A stretch of 64,000 nt of DNA. It comes from Octopus sinensis. Taxonomy: Eukaryota. Position 1 is the stretch's first letter; each line of letters begins with the position of its first letter. Under the pieces are notes generated by a model. The model did no database searches, was not told the origin of the DNA, and was given only the letters and a program-made list of their open reading frames with translations. The translations under genes were made by a program, and so were the position numbers. Of the stretch, positions 36,035 to 48,127 are shown one piece after another. Location of the stretch: the NCBI RefSeq assembly GCF_006345805.1, contig NC_043005.1, positions 23,684,001-23,748,000 on the forward strand, given 5' to 3'.

Positions 36035-36660
36035 AATTATAATTACAGTTAAATAGATTAAATTTTAAAATGTAAACGCATTCTTCTAAGCTTTTGATTT
36101 TTGGAAAAAATGGTGAGAATGGGAGACTTCTGAAGGACCGTTTCACAATTAGCTGATAGATTATCAGAGAATGTGCAATGGCCCAGTGGTTAGGGTAGCG
36201 AACTCACGGTCGTAGGATCGCGGCTTCGATTCTCAGACCGGCGTAGGGAGTATTTATTGGGCGGAAACACTTAAAGCTCCACGAGGCTACGGCAGAGGGG
36301 TAGTGGCGAACCCTACTGTACTCTTTCACCACAACTTTCTCTCACTCTTTCTTCCTGTTTCTGTTGTACCTGTATTTCAAAGGACCAGCCCCGTAACACT
36401 CTGTGTCACGCTGAATCTCACTGAGAACTACGTTAAGGGTACATGTGTCTGTGGAATGCTCAGCCACTTGCACGTTAATTTCACGAGCAGGCTGTTCCGT
36501 TGACTGTAACCGACGGAGTGCCATGATGTCTTTTCTGATGACAAAACTATTGACAAAACGGTCCGTCAGGACTCTCCTTCCATTTTCCCGAAAATAAAAG
36601 GCATAGAGGAAAGTATTTACATTCTTATAATTAATTTATATAACTGTAATTATAATTATA
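36035..36660. mobile_element. Palindromic mini-element with a hammerhead-like motif at the inner end of each arm; SINE C at the centre
   Basis: 36035-36172 is the diverged reverse complement of 36530-36660. Right arm: GTCTTTT-CTGATGA-caaaactattgac-AAAA-CGGTCCG-TC-AGGAC. Left arm (minus): TTCT-CTGATAA-...-GAAA-CGGTCCT-TC-AGAA. Confidence 0.75.
36173..36523 (+). mobile_element. SINE family C
   Basis: tRNA-like head GCAATGGCCCAGTGGTTAGGG...GGCTTCGATTCTCAGACC; body shared with the 16311 and 38006 copies. Confidence 0.92.
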
Positions 36661-37370
36661 TATAATAAATTTCACAGAGAAGCCATTTCTAGTATCTTTC
36701 TATGTGTTTGTGTGCGTTTGAAGAGTTTAATATAGTTTAATTATATATGCGATATCTTGATCAGCAAAACGATAGATTTGGGTTTCACTGATACATCGTG
36801 GTTCATTGTTGCTATTGTAACGTAGTTACACGTCGCCAATTATTGTAGTAGCGCCACTATTTATGACGATGCTTGTTTACACGAAACCGTGTAGTAACAA
36901 TAAACACATAACAAAGCAGGGTAACAACAGCGTAACAATCCAACAAACTCTCCACAAACCCACAAACGATATTCCGACAAACAACCAAAACGACACCTTA
37001 CGACTTCCTGCGATTAACTTCCTATTCTAGCCGTCGCACTCAGACCGCTACTATTCATAGTTCGGGCAAGTCTATTTTCGCAGGGGGTGTCGTGACTCTC
37101 GGCTCAGCAGTCGCAAAGATATCTAATCAGGAAATATTCAAGTCTAACATTATTTAATTCCGGTTAGTGAAGCAGAAACACGAGATGGCTTTTATTCATA
37201 CATACATACGATACTACGATACTTTCCTTCTAATGACAGAGTCTTTTTCTCCAGACTAGAAGCCAGTTCTTACCACTACAGAGGAATTAAAAAAAAAACG
37301 AACCAAGAACATATATAAATGCACACATACATGCACACGCACCCCCACACACGCACACACACACACACCG

Positions 37371-37404
<34 letters not shown>

Positions 37405-37530
37405 CACACACACCACACACACACACACGCACACACACACACACACGCACACACACACACACGTGTATATTTCGTTTTTGTATCTGGTTTGCAGATAATG
37501 ATAATAATAATAATAATAATAATAATAATA

Positions 37531-38460
37531 TTTATCTAGGTATAAAAGATGGGCTACAGCAAATATTCTGCTCAATACCACATATTTGCTTGTAACTTGT
37601 TTGACCTTAACCAGTTGAGCATGCCCCTTAGTGGCTGACGATATGTGCATCTCTGATCACGAGCAGAAGTAGTGGGGAAGCATCATAGCCATGTGTTGAG
37701 AGGGATACTTTGGGATTTGAATAATTCACCTCTGGAAACATGGGTGTTTCGTTCAACATCCTTAAACGATCCTTATTCAGGGCCCTTTTGAGCGGTATGG
37801 GCTACTCGATCTGAAGTAAATTCTAACTGTAGAACCAATAACTGTCGGAGCCTTGGGAACAGTGAGCAAAAATCTCGAGAAGTATGTGGAACAAATAGGG
37901 GCTGCAATAAGGATGGAGCACTTGCAGAAAACTGCACTGCTTGGAACCGCTCGAATACTCCGGAAAATGATTGAAAAATAAGAGGTGTTACCTTCGTTCA
38001 CTGATGGATGGAAGCACTCCGTCAGTTACGGCGACGAGGGTTCCGGTTGATCCGATCAACGGGACAGCCTGCTCGTGAAATTAACGTGTAAGTGGCTGAG
38101 CACTCCACAGACACGTGTACCCTTAACGTAGTTCTCGGGGATATTCAGCGTGACACTGAGAGTGACAAGGCCGGCCCTTTGAAATACAGGTACAACAGAA
38201 ACAGGAAGTAAGAGTGAGAGAAAGTTGTGGTGAAAGAGTACAGCAGGGATCACCACCATCCCTGCCGGAGCCTCGTGGAGCTTTTAGGTGTTTTCGCTCA
38301 ATAAAACATTCACAACGCCCGGTCTGGGAATCGAAAAACCGCGATCCTACGACCGCGAGTCCGATGCCCTAACCACTGGGCCATTGCGCCTCCACCGTTC
38401 ACTGATAGTGAACAGCTGACACTGTAGTACATCTCCAGCGTTAGAAGCTGTGCAAAGGCA
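37531..38460 (+). mobile_element. Short bipartite element: non-coding 5' part fused to an RLE-LINE 3' end, in (TAA)n, interrupted by SINE C
   Basis: (TAA)n on both sides; ~37829-37980 reads VEPITVGALGTVSKNLEKYVEQIGAAIRMEHLQKTALLGTARILRKMIEK*, the R4/Dong-like C-terminus. Confidence 0.7.
38006..38395 (-). mobile_element. Full-length SINE family C with 11-bp TSD
   Basis: TSD CGTTCACTGAT at 37995-38005 and 38396-38406; head GGAGGCGCAATGGCCCAGTGGTTAGGG on the minus strand. Confidence 0.95.
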
Positions 38461-39070
38461 ATAATAATAATCATCATTAGTTTAGCTTTTACTAATTGGA
38501 CTTAATTATATTCAATACATTTCTAAAAAAAGCGGCAAATGTTTTTTTTCGATTCGATTTATCATTATTATTACTAGTATTGTTGTTATACATACAAGCA
38601 TATGATAATAAGTGGATGTAAACACATGAACAAAATAAGAATAAACAAAAACAACAAAAACAAAATACAAATTACATGAACATATATAAACAGAAGATAC
38701 AAATATTACAGGCATCCCCCCACATACACACACTAAATAAACATAAACGCACATAGAGATATAAGCATGCGCAAATGAAGACATACAATAGAAATACAAA
38801 ATGGCTGACGGTTAGTAAGGAGAAACACAAATAAGAAAGAAGAAAACAAAGGACCACTGATGCGGTCACAGGAGTGTGACGAAAGAACTCTGGCCGAAAT
38901 AAGATTAAGATTAATGTAAAAAATAAATAACACTGAAGCAAAATAACACCAAATATATAGTGCGTGTGTTTTTATTGGCTAAACTGGCAAAATGACCATT
39001 CCGAAATATAACAATATCTGTTTCAACACACGACTTCACATAAAAAGTCTTGCACAACAAATATTTAAAC

Positions 39071-39117
<47 letters not shown>

Positions 39118-39790
39118 ATGCATGTATGTGTGTGTGTGTGTGTGTGTGTGCGTGTGTGTCTGCGTATATGTTTGTGTGTCTGTGTTTTTCCCCTACCATC
39201 GCTTGACAACCGATGCTGGTGTGTTTACGTCACCGTAACTTAGCACTTCGGCAAAAGAGACCGATAAGATATATATATGTATATTTGTGTGTGTGTGTGT
39301 GTGTGTTCAAGCAAAATCTTTTTATGCATTTGAGAAGGTGCTGATATTTCTGATTCATAAAGCAATAACTAAACAAAACTGCAACCTTATAACGTGATCC
39401 GACTCGATAAAAGCTCTTCATTTTTCAAATGGCTGTGACATGAGAAGCACATTACAAGAACTACTTCAAGTGAAGGACTGAATTTGATGTTATTTTACTA
39501 AGAGTAAGAGGTACAAGGATGACAGTGTACAATACTTCCAAAAGGAATGTGGGGCAACGTGGGTTTGTAGCTACATGAAGTCGTACCAAGGTGGTATGAT
39601 AGTTGGGAAGACAAGTAGAGCGGTGACTGACAAACTGTAAAAAGAAGCAAAGTGTATATTATAATGCATATGGTTGATCGATGTGGAAGGAGAATCGAGC
39701 TGAGAACGGAGATCAAATATTAAAACAAAATAGTCGCTACATGTTTGGTGTATTAAAGCTGTCCTGTCCTTGCGTGATTGGCTGCATATA

Positions 39791-40015
39791 CTCTTTTACC
39801 CTTTTACTTGTTTCAGTCATTTGACTGCGGCCATGCTGGAGCACCGCCTTTAGTCGAGCAAATCGACCCCGGGACTTATTCTTTGTAAGCCCAGTACTTA
39901 TTCTATCGGTCTCTTTTGCCGAACCGCTAAGTGACGGGGACGTAAACACACCAGCATCGATTGTCAAGTAATGCTAGGGGGACAAACACAGACACAAAAA
40001 CACACACATACATAT

Positions 40016-40093
<78 letters not shown>

Positions 40094-40256
40094 CGACAGG
40101 CTTCTTTCAGTTTCCGTCTACCAAATCCACTCACAAGGCATTGGTCGGCCCTGGGCTATATCAGAAGACACTTGCCCAAGATGCCACGCAGTGGGACTGA
40201 ACCCGGAACCATGAGGTTGGTTAGTAAGCTACTTACCACACAGCCACTCCTGCGCC
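39791..40256 (-). mobile_element. Full-length SINE family A
   Basis: Complete head, expanded internal (TA)n and tail. Confidence 0.95.
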
Positions 40257-40873
40257 TATATATGTAGATTCAGAATAAATATCAATCGCATTGATATCAT
40301 CAGGATTAGCGAAGCTTTTGGGCGCTTCACATTCCTCATTACGAACCATTAACGTTAAAATTCATAATCTTAACAAAGAAGTCGTTGAGTTCCAAGCAGT
40401 GAACCATTTGAACTCCACTGCAGCACGTCATTTTAGCTTTCTATGGTAAATAATATCAAATGTATTGTGTTCGACTTTATTACAACGTCTTGTTAGGAAT
40501 ATTTCACCAATATTCTTGTATTGGAAGAATGCATATATTCAAGAACCGAAGTATTTATCCTTGGGTGTTGTATAATATTTTAGCAGTAATGTTATATCGC
40601 AAAAGAAACTAATATCTTTATGTGATTTTAAGCTGCCGAATCGTATATGTAATATATTTCAAAGAAATGGGCAATATATTCTATAGAAATATGGCATAAT
40701 CGACATATTCAATCCTATTTTGTAGTAAAATAGGCGTCACTGCATATATTTTCCAATATATTTAATAGCTTATGCTAGAATTTGCATTGTAAATGCATAA
40801 CCTTGAAGACAAGGTGTGATGGGATGTAAGGGCTGAGTTTAAAAGACGACAACCTTTTCGCCGATTTATTCAT

Positions 40874-41384
40874 TTGCATGTATGTATGTATGTATGTATG
40901 TATGTATGTATGTATTTATGTATGTATGTATGTATGTATGTATTTATGTATGTATGTATGTATGTATGTATGTATGTATGTATGTATTTATGTATGTATG
41001 TATGTATGTATGTATGTATGTATTTATGCATGTATGTATTTATGTATGTATGTATGTATGTATGTATTTATGCATGTATGTATGTATGTATGTATGTATG
41101 TATGTATTTATGCATGTATGTATTTATGTATGTATGTATGTATGTATGTATGTATTTATGCATGTATGTATGTATGTATGTATGTATGTATTTATGCATG
41201 TATGTATGTATGTATGTATGTATGTATGTACGTATGTATGTATGTATGTATTTATGTATGTATGTATGTATGTATGCATGCATGCAAGCAAGCATGCATG
41301 CATGTATGTACGTATGTATGTATGTATGTATGTATGCGTGCATGTATGTATGTATGTATGTACGTATGTACGTATGTATGTATG
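40874..41384. repeat. ~510-bp (TATG)n microsatellite with variant units
   Basis: Direct reading; source of the MYVC pseudo-ORFs. Confidence 0.97.
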
Positions 41385-41559
41385 TTTTGCACACACACAA
41401 ACACATGGCGCAGATGTGGCTTTGGCAAGAAGGTTGCATCCCAACCGCATTACTCCGGGTTCAGTCTTACCGCGTAGCACCTTGAGTAAGTATCTTCTTT
41501 TATAAAGTTAATTTTCTCCGGCCACCTGCATGGTAGCAATGTTGTGAAGAAAAGAATCT

Positions 41560-42345
41560 TGTTTTGTTCATCATCCTTTAATCCTTCGGATGATCTTGCA
41601 GATTTTTATTGTCCCAGATATCGCGATCATTTCTAGTTTATAAATTACGGAGTTGTGTTCTCTATCCAAGAACCCAATTTCAGCCACATTTTGCCCCTGA
41701 CGGGTTGACATGTAGCATGTTGTTCTAAAGATAATATGTATGAAGCTGAAAATGCATCTTAGGTATTGGATTTGCACACGCCTCATCAATGGTATATGTA
41801 TATTCTATTTCTCTTGTATTTTTCTAACTGAATTTGTGACCAGAGGGCAGCTGATTTCCACAATAGCGCCTCTGGGCGGTTGTGTTTCAATTTCGTGGCC
41901 GTTTTAATTTTCAAGTTTCACCGATATTCTTTTGATCCACTGATCTCAACATACTCAACTTTATCGGAGTGTTTTTTTCTTTTGGTGATCCTGTTCCAGA
42001 TTGTTCTCGCTACTGCATCATGCCTCATGGGAAGATAATATCTGGAAGACATTCTCTCGCAGATGGCAATAATGTGGATGATGTCTTCAGCTTTGGGATG
42101 GCAATAATGTGGATGATGTCTTCAGCTTTGGTCTTGCACAGTCTGCATTTTTTGTCTATTAGTGTTTTCAACCTTTTAATCTGTTGGTACTCGGTAGGGG
42201 CCTCTTGTTCTTGGATTGCTTGGTGGTAACCTTCAAAGCGTGATATCATAAACATATTAGTACTCCTTGCCAAGCTTTTCATATTATTTTCTCGAATCTT
42301 TCGGGCCAAGTATCCACGCAATATCCTTCCGGTGCACTGGCCCGA
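41560..42345 (-). mobile_element. Decayed RLE non-LTR retrotransposon 3' fragment
   Basis: SRFEGYHQAIQEQE...KCRLCKTKAEDIIHII (zinc knuckle); C-terminus ISGTIKICK, homologous to 50060-50238. Confidence 0.82.
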
Positions 42346-42477
42346 TTTCAATTTTATGCATGTGTATATATGTATATATGTATTTTCGTATGTATGTATT
42401 TGTATCAAACCTCTAGCTACCTAATTAATATCTTTAATGTCGACATAGAAATCAAAAGATAAAGCCAACTGTGTATC

Positions 42478-42895
42478 GTTATCACTGCAAATAATTACAT
42501 AACTCACTGCGAAATATTGTCGTTACTTCCTATAGTCACAGCGTGAGGCAAATTGCCATCGTTGTAGATTGCGGTGAAATACTGTCATCATTATATATTT
42601 ATATCAATTATGTGAACCTTCTGTGAAATATAGCTATCACTGCAAATAACCACACAATGTAATATATTGCCATCACTGTAAATTACGGTGAAATACTATC
42701 ATCACTGTAATAATTATACGAACCTTCCGTGAAATATTGTTTCAATTTAAGCAATCGCGCAGCCTGCTGTGAAATATTATCATGACAGTAAACAATCACA
42801 CAAACTCTGGATTATTGTTATCATCCTAAGTAATCACATAATGTTATCGAAGTAAACGATCACAAAAACCGTGAAATATTGCCATCATAGATAAC
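42478..42895. repeat. Degenerate minisatellite with recurring GTGAAATA(T/C)T(G/A)(C/T)CATCA motif
   Basis: The motif and ATCACTG(C/T)AAAT recur many times at irregular ~25-50 bp spacing. Confidence 0.65.
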
Positions 42896-42899
42896 GCAA

Positions 42900-43808
42900 T
42901 CCCTCCTCCTCTCCTCCTCCTCCCCCCCTCCCCATCCTCGATCTCCTCTTCCTCCTCCCCCTATCGATCTCCTCCTCCTCCTCCTCCTCCTCCTCCTCGT
43001 CTTCTTCATCATCATCCTCGTCCTCATCATCTTTCTTTTCTCTTCCACCTCGTCTTTTTCCTCCCACTCCTTTCCACCCCCTCCTCCTCTCCCTGCCTCA
43101 TATCCTCCTTCCCTTCCTTCCCCTCCTCCCCTCTCCTCTCCCCTCTCCCCGCTCCCCATCCTCCCCTTCGACACACCTCCTCCAACCTCCCTTCCTCCTT
43201 TCCCCTTCCTCTTCCTCTTCCTCTTCTTCTTATGATATCACGCTTTGAAGGTTACCACCAAGCAATCCAAGAACAAGAGGCCCCTACCGAGTACCAACAG
43301 ATTAAAAGGTTGAAAACACTAATAGACAAAAAATGCAGACTGTGCAAGACCAAAGCTGAAGACATCATCCACATTATTGCCATCCCAAAGCTGAAGACAT
43401 CATCCACATTATTGCCATCTGCGAGAGAATGTCTTCCTCTTCTTCTTCCTCCCCTCCTTCTCCTCCTCCTCTTCTTCTTCTTCTTCCTCCTCCTCCACCT
43501 CTCCTCATTCTCCCCTCTTTTTCTTCTTCTCCTCCTCCTCCTCATCATCATCATCATCATCCCCTCCCCTCCCCTCCTCTCCTCCTCCACTCGTTCCTCC
43601 TGATCCACCTCTCCTCCCTCTCCCCCTCTTCTTTTCCTCCTCTCCTCTCCTCCCCTCCTCCCTCCCCTCTCCTCCTCCTCTCCTCCTCCACTTGTTCCTC
43701 CTCCTCCACTTTTCCTCCTCCTCATGTTCGTCCGCCTCTTCCTCCACTTCTTCCCTTCCCATCCCCTTCCTCCGCCTCCTCTTCTTCTTCTTCCTCATAT
43801 CGTCGTTG

Positions 43809-43840
<32 letters not shown>

Positions 43841-43860
43841 GTCGTCGTCAACAGCAGCAA
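42900..43860. repeat. Polypyrimidine (CCT/CTT/CAT) low-complexity tract containing a 208-bp inverted copy of 42044-42251
   Basis: Direct reading; the insert is at 43230-43437. Confidence 0.93.
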
Positions 43861-44352
43861 TAACATATACTTCATAACTCCTCCCATGCCATCAGATTGT
43901 TCCTGATGTCAAATGATTACCAACGGACGGCAATCAATCCAAGAAAAACGGGGCAGCTACCACCATTGCTACTACTTGCTGTCAGAAGGTGTGTGAATTA
44001 TTTGTCTAACTAAATCCACAACACAGACTCTTAATTAACTGATTGAAAGTATTTGAAATCGCTATTTAATTGTGAAGATTTGCGATATTGTATCGGGAAA
44101 AATTATAAATTGCCTAATGAAGTGGTAGTTTATGTTTAATTAGTGTTGGCGGCTAATATCTGTATTATTAATGAGGTCTATAGATTTACGTAAGCGCATA
44201 TCCTTCTCTCAAGTATTCTGTATTTGTCTGCAATACCGAACCCTGACATAAACAATGGCTTACGTTTCTTAGGGGACGCACTGGAAGTTTTCTTCATGTC
44301 TCTTGGTATCTGAAATTGTGTTCTCTACTTAGCGAAAATAATATTAGCTAGT

Positions 44353-44748
44353 GGTGGCTGTGTGGTAAGTAGCTTGCTTACCAACCACATGGTTCCGGGT
44401 TCAGTCCCACCGCGTGGAATCTTGGGCAAGTGTCTTCTGCTATAGCCTCGGGCCGACCAATACCTTGTGAGTGGATTTGGTAGACGGAAACTGAAAGAAG
44501 CCTGTCGTATATATGTATATATATGTGTGTGTATATGTTTGTGTGTCTGTGTTTGTCCCCCTAGCATTGCTTGACAACCGATGCTGGTGTGTTTACGTCC
44601 CCGTCACTTAGCGGTTCGGCAAAAGAGACCGATAGAATAAGTACTGGGCTTACAAAGAATAAGTCCCGGGGTTGATTTGCTCGACTAAAGGCGGTGCTCC
44701 AGCATGGCCGCAGTCAAATGACTGAAACAAGAGTAAAAGAGTAAAGAG
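44353..44748 (+). mobile_element. Near full-length SINE family A (reference for the uninterrupted target site)
   Basis: GTGGCTGTGTGGTAAGTAGCTTGCTTACCAACCACATGGTTCCGGGTTCAGTCCC...CAGTCAAATGACTGAAACAAGAGTAAAAGAG. Confidence 0.95.
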
Positions 44749-44789
44749 AGTAGTGATTAATTATCGTTTATTTCTAATCAGCTCATATA

Positions 44790-46031
44790 CGAGGGGTGTA
44801 TGAAACGTTTTGAGCCTAACCTAGAAACGGGGCTGCTAGGTAGCTGAAACAATTTTTTTCTGGTAAGTACAGTCTTTTCAGTGTATTCAAGCTCATTTTC
44901 ATGATACTGTTATTTTAATTTTTTGTTTGTTGCAGACTTTTAAATAAACAAGTGTTGAGGTTACATGGAAAATGGAGAAAACTGAGTATCGTGCTGTCAT
45001 AAAGTACCTTCATTTGAAAGGCATGGCTCCATCAGAAATCCATGAAGATATGTTGAGATCCTTAACAGACAATGCTCCTTCATATGCAACAGTCAAACGC
45101 TGGGTAAATGAATTCCAGCATGGCAGGGAGAGTGTGGAAGATGATCCCAGACCAGGGAGACCTCCAACTGCAACCATCGGGGACAACGTTGACCTTGCTC
45201 TTGGTATGATAATGCAAGATCGTCGAATATCATGTCATCAGATAGCCGAGAGACTGGGCATCTCAGCTGAAAGAGCAGACAACAGTGTAACAAAAGAACT
45301 TGGGTTCTCAAAGGTTTCTGCAAGGTGGGTCCCTCGCCTTTTGACTCCTGAACATAAATGCATTTTGTTCACGAGCAATCTAGAACTGTTTGAAACCAAT
45401 GAAGAGAATTTTATTGCTTGTTTTATTACTATAGACGAAAGTTGGGTTCATCACTACCAGCCTGAAACCAAAGAACAATCAAAGCAGTGGAAGCACACAT
45501 CTTCTCCTACCCCAAAGAAGGCCAGGGTCATTCCTTCAGCTGGCAAGGACATGGCGTCAGGTTTTTTCTGATTCTCAAGGTGTCTTGCTGATCGATTATC
45601 TTGGAAAGGGTTACACCATGACAGGACTGTATTATTCTCAGTTACTGAAACGCCTCCGGGAAGCTATCAAAGAAAAAAGGCCGGAGGAGTTCTTTTTCAT
45701 CACGACAATGCTCCAGCCCACACCTCGTGATTGTGGATATGAACTTGTTCTCCATCCACATTATTCACCAGACTTAGCCCCCACTGACTTTCATCTATTC
45801 CCCAAAATTAAAAAAGCCCTGGCTGGTCGCCATTTTACCAATGATACAGATGCTGTAGGAAGTTTCTTGGAGTCTCAAACAAAAGAGTTCCTCTACGCCA
45901 GGATAATGGCACTTCAGTACCGCTGGAGAAAGTGTTCAGCCATCGAGGGGGACTATGTTGAAAAATAAATCATCAGAAGTCTTGTACTGTTTTGTATTTT
46001 TTGGGGCTCAAGACTTTTCATACACTCCTCG
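44790..46031 (+). mobile_element. Mariner transposon with pseudogenised transposase (44972-45968)
   Basis: TIRs CGAGGGGTGTATGAAACGTTTTGAGCC / GGCTCAAGACTTTTCATACACTCCTCG with TA TSD; motifs WVPRLL, TIDESWVHHY, YSPDLAPTDFHLF; frameshifts near 45570 and 45690. Confidence 0.97.
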
Positions 46032-46079
46032 TAAGTTTACATTTTTTTAGTGTTCTATATACAAAACGTGTGAAGGCTA

Positions 46080-46165
<86 letters not shown>

Positions 46166-46214
46166 AAATAGAATAAGGCGCAGAAGTGGCGGTGTGGTAA
46201 GTAGCTTGCTTACC

Positions 46215-48127
46215 TCATTGTGCATGAGCGAGACAGAATTGTGTTTGACACCGAAGCGGCAAGACGTGCTTTTGAAGACGTCTTAAATTGAAGACTTTTG
46301 AAACTTAGCAGCAAGGTAAGACTTTCTTCTGTCTTGTGAGAGCCTGTTGTAATTCGCGATTATTTTTAAAAACAAGAAGTCCTCACTAGACTGTAGTCTA
46401 CCTGAGGTTGAGTGAAAATATTTATTCACTTAATTGTGAAAATATTTATTCATTTAATTGTGAAAATTATTGGTTTGGTGGGCGTATACTGCCAAAAATT
46501 TTTTTGTCTGAAAATAGTGTTTCAACAATATTGTTCCTGTCAAGGAGTACCTAGAAGAAAATTGAAATGATTTTTAACTGTTTTACAATTGTGTTAAAAT
46601 TTTGGCCTGGAGTACCAAGTAGCCTTTGCTGTATTTTGAACTGTTGCTCTCTATTTTTTAAAAAAACTCTTTATTGAACTGTTAATTTTTTTCTCTCCTT
46701 CCTTTTTGTTTGGACTTTTTTTCCTCTTCCTTCTTTTTCTTTAATTATCTTATATTTTAACGACTGTATTTTTGAACTCTTTAAAAAAACAACAAAAAAA
46801 ACATGGCAAATAACAATGAAAAGTTGGTGAAGTAGGAAATTACACCACCCAAAAAATGGTTAAAAGAACTTGAAAGTAAGACGGTGGTTTTGAGGACCTA
46901 CTCTAGAACCCTCGACGCCATTGCCGTTTTCAGGAAAAAAGCTGGCAGAATTTAAGCCAGCGATTAAGTTTATCACTCGGGGGGGGGGGTCAAATACGCA
47001 ACCGTGTGGCCCAGAAGTGGCCCGTGAATTTGCAAGTCAGCCCCTGGAGGGCAATGAAATTTTCTTTCTTCCCACTTATTGTGGAAAGAGTCTGACGAGG
47101 GCTTGGGTTTGCGGCTAGCCACCCGGATTTCATTCCCAGTGGATAGGAGATACTATCACCAAGCTCCTCAGCGTAAATATTCTGTCTGCAGCTGACTGGG
47201 AGGGGTAAGTCGGAGACATGATGCCGGAGTGTCACGGAGCATCGTCGGTTGTGCCACCGGAGGGGGGAGACACCATTGGCGGGAATTGTGCCGCCAACGG
47301 TAAAATTGACCCCCTAGGACCCGGAATACGATGAACTGTTGATCTTCTTTTATAGAGGCGGAGAGGTGGAAAAGCTAGTGAAAGAACACTACGAGGGAAT
47401 ACCTTTGGTCTTCACACAGGACCCAGAATGGCCTCCTTAGATAGCTGTGGAGGTCATAACGTTGCGCGTGTTTATAAAGCTGGAGGGACTAAAAGAGGAA
47501 TATCGCTCGTGGCCGGGTGACGCCAACTCGGAGCCCGCCTTGATTTTAAAGGAAGCATGGGCTATGGGGGAGTACACGGACACAAGCGATGATGAGGTGG
47601 AAAATTGACAAGAGGTTGAAAAGCCTCAGCGTTATAATGTGTAAGAGGGTCAGTAAATGTACTAGTGTTGATTGTATATTGAATATTTCATTGTATGTTA
47701 TTGCATGTTGTTGACTATTAAGTCCAATAATTGTTAGAACTGTAGTGAGAGGTTCAATACCTCGTTGAGGTGGAAAAATTGACAAGAGGTTGAAAAGCCT
47801 CAGCGTTATAATGTGTAAGAGGCTCAGCGCCTCATTTGTAAATGAACTAGCGTTGATTGTATATTGAATATTTTTTGCATGTTAATATTTGTAATGGACT
47901 ATAAAGTCCAATAATTGCAAAAACTGTTGTGAGAGGTTCAATACCTCGTTTTGTTTATTCTGTTGAAAAAAGAAAAGAACAATGTCTTAGAGAAGCAGAA
48001 AATCGGCGGCCGTTTTTTGCCTTCTCTTATCAATAGCAACCTTATTTTATCATTCACCTCATCAATGTATATGTCCATCCCACATGCTATTCTATGTAAT
48101 GACTTTATGGCAAATTTCAATGAAATA
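46215..48127 (+). mobile_element. ORF1-only non-LTR-like element, copy 2, inserted in a SINE A head with TSD
   Basis: SINE head at 46177-46214 ends AAGTAGCTTGCTTACC; after the element's AATAAA the SINE resumes AAGTAGTTACTTACC-AACCATATG (48128-48510). Decayed ORF from ATG ~46803 is homologous to 4621-5845. No RT or endonuclease motifs seen. Confidence 0.88.
47593..47950 (+). repeat. ~175-bp tandem duplication in the element 3' UTR
   Basis: GAGGTGGAAAATTGACAAGAGGTTGAAAAGCCTCAGCG...GAGAGGTTCAATACCTCGTT occurs twice. Confidence 0.9.

Noticed and set aside
42478-42895. CRISPR-like repeat-spacer appearance
   Set aside because: Eukaryotic context, degenerate repeats, spacers related to each other and no cas genes.
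42860-43906. Poly-E/R/G/P/S ORFs resembling low-complexity proteins
   Set aside because: They derive from the CCT/CTT tract; the only complex segment is the inverted LINE copy.
44353-44420. tRNA-like sequences with A and B boxes (also SINE C heads)
   Set aside because: They continue into SINE bodies and lack a complete cloverleaf, so they are SINE heads rather than tRNA genes.
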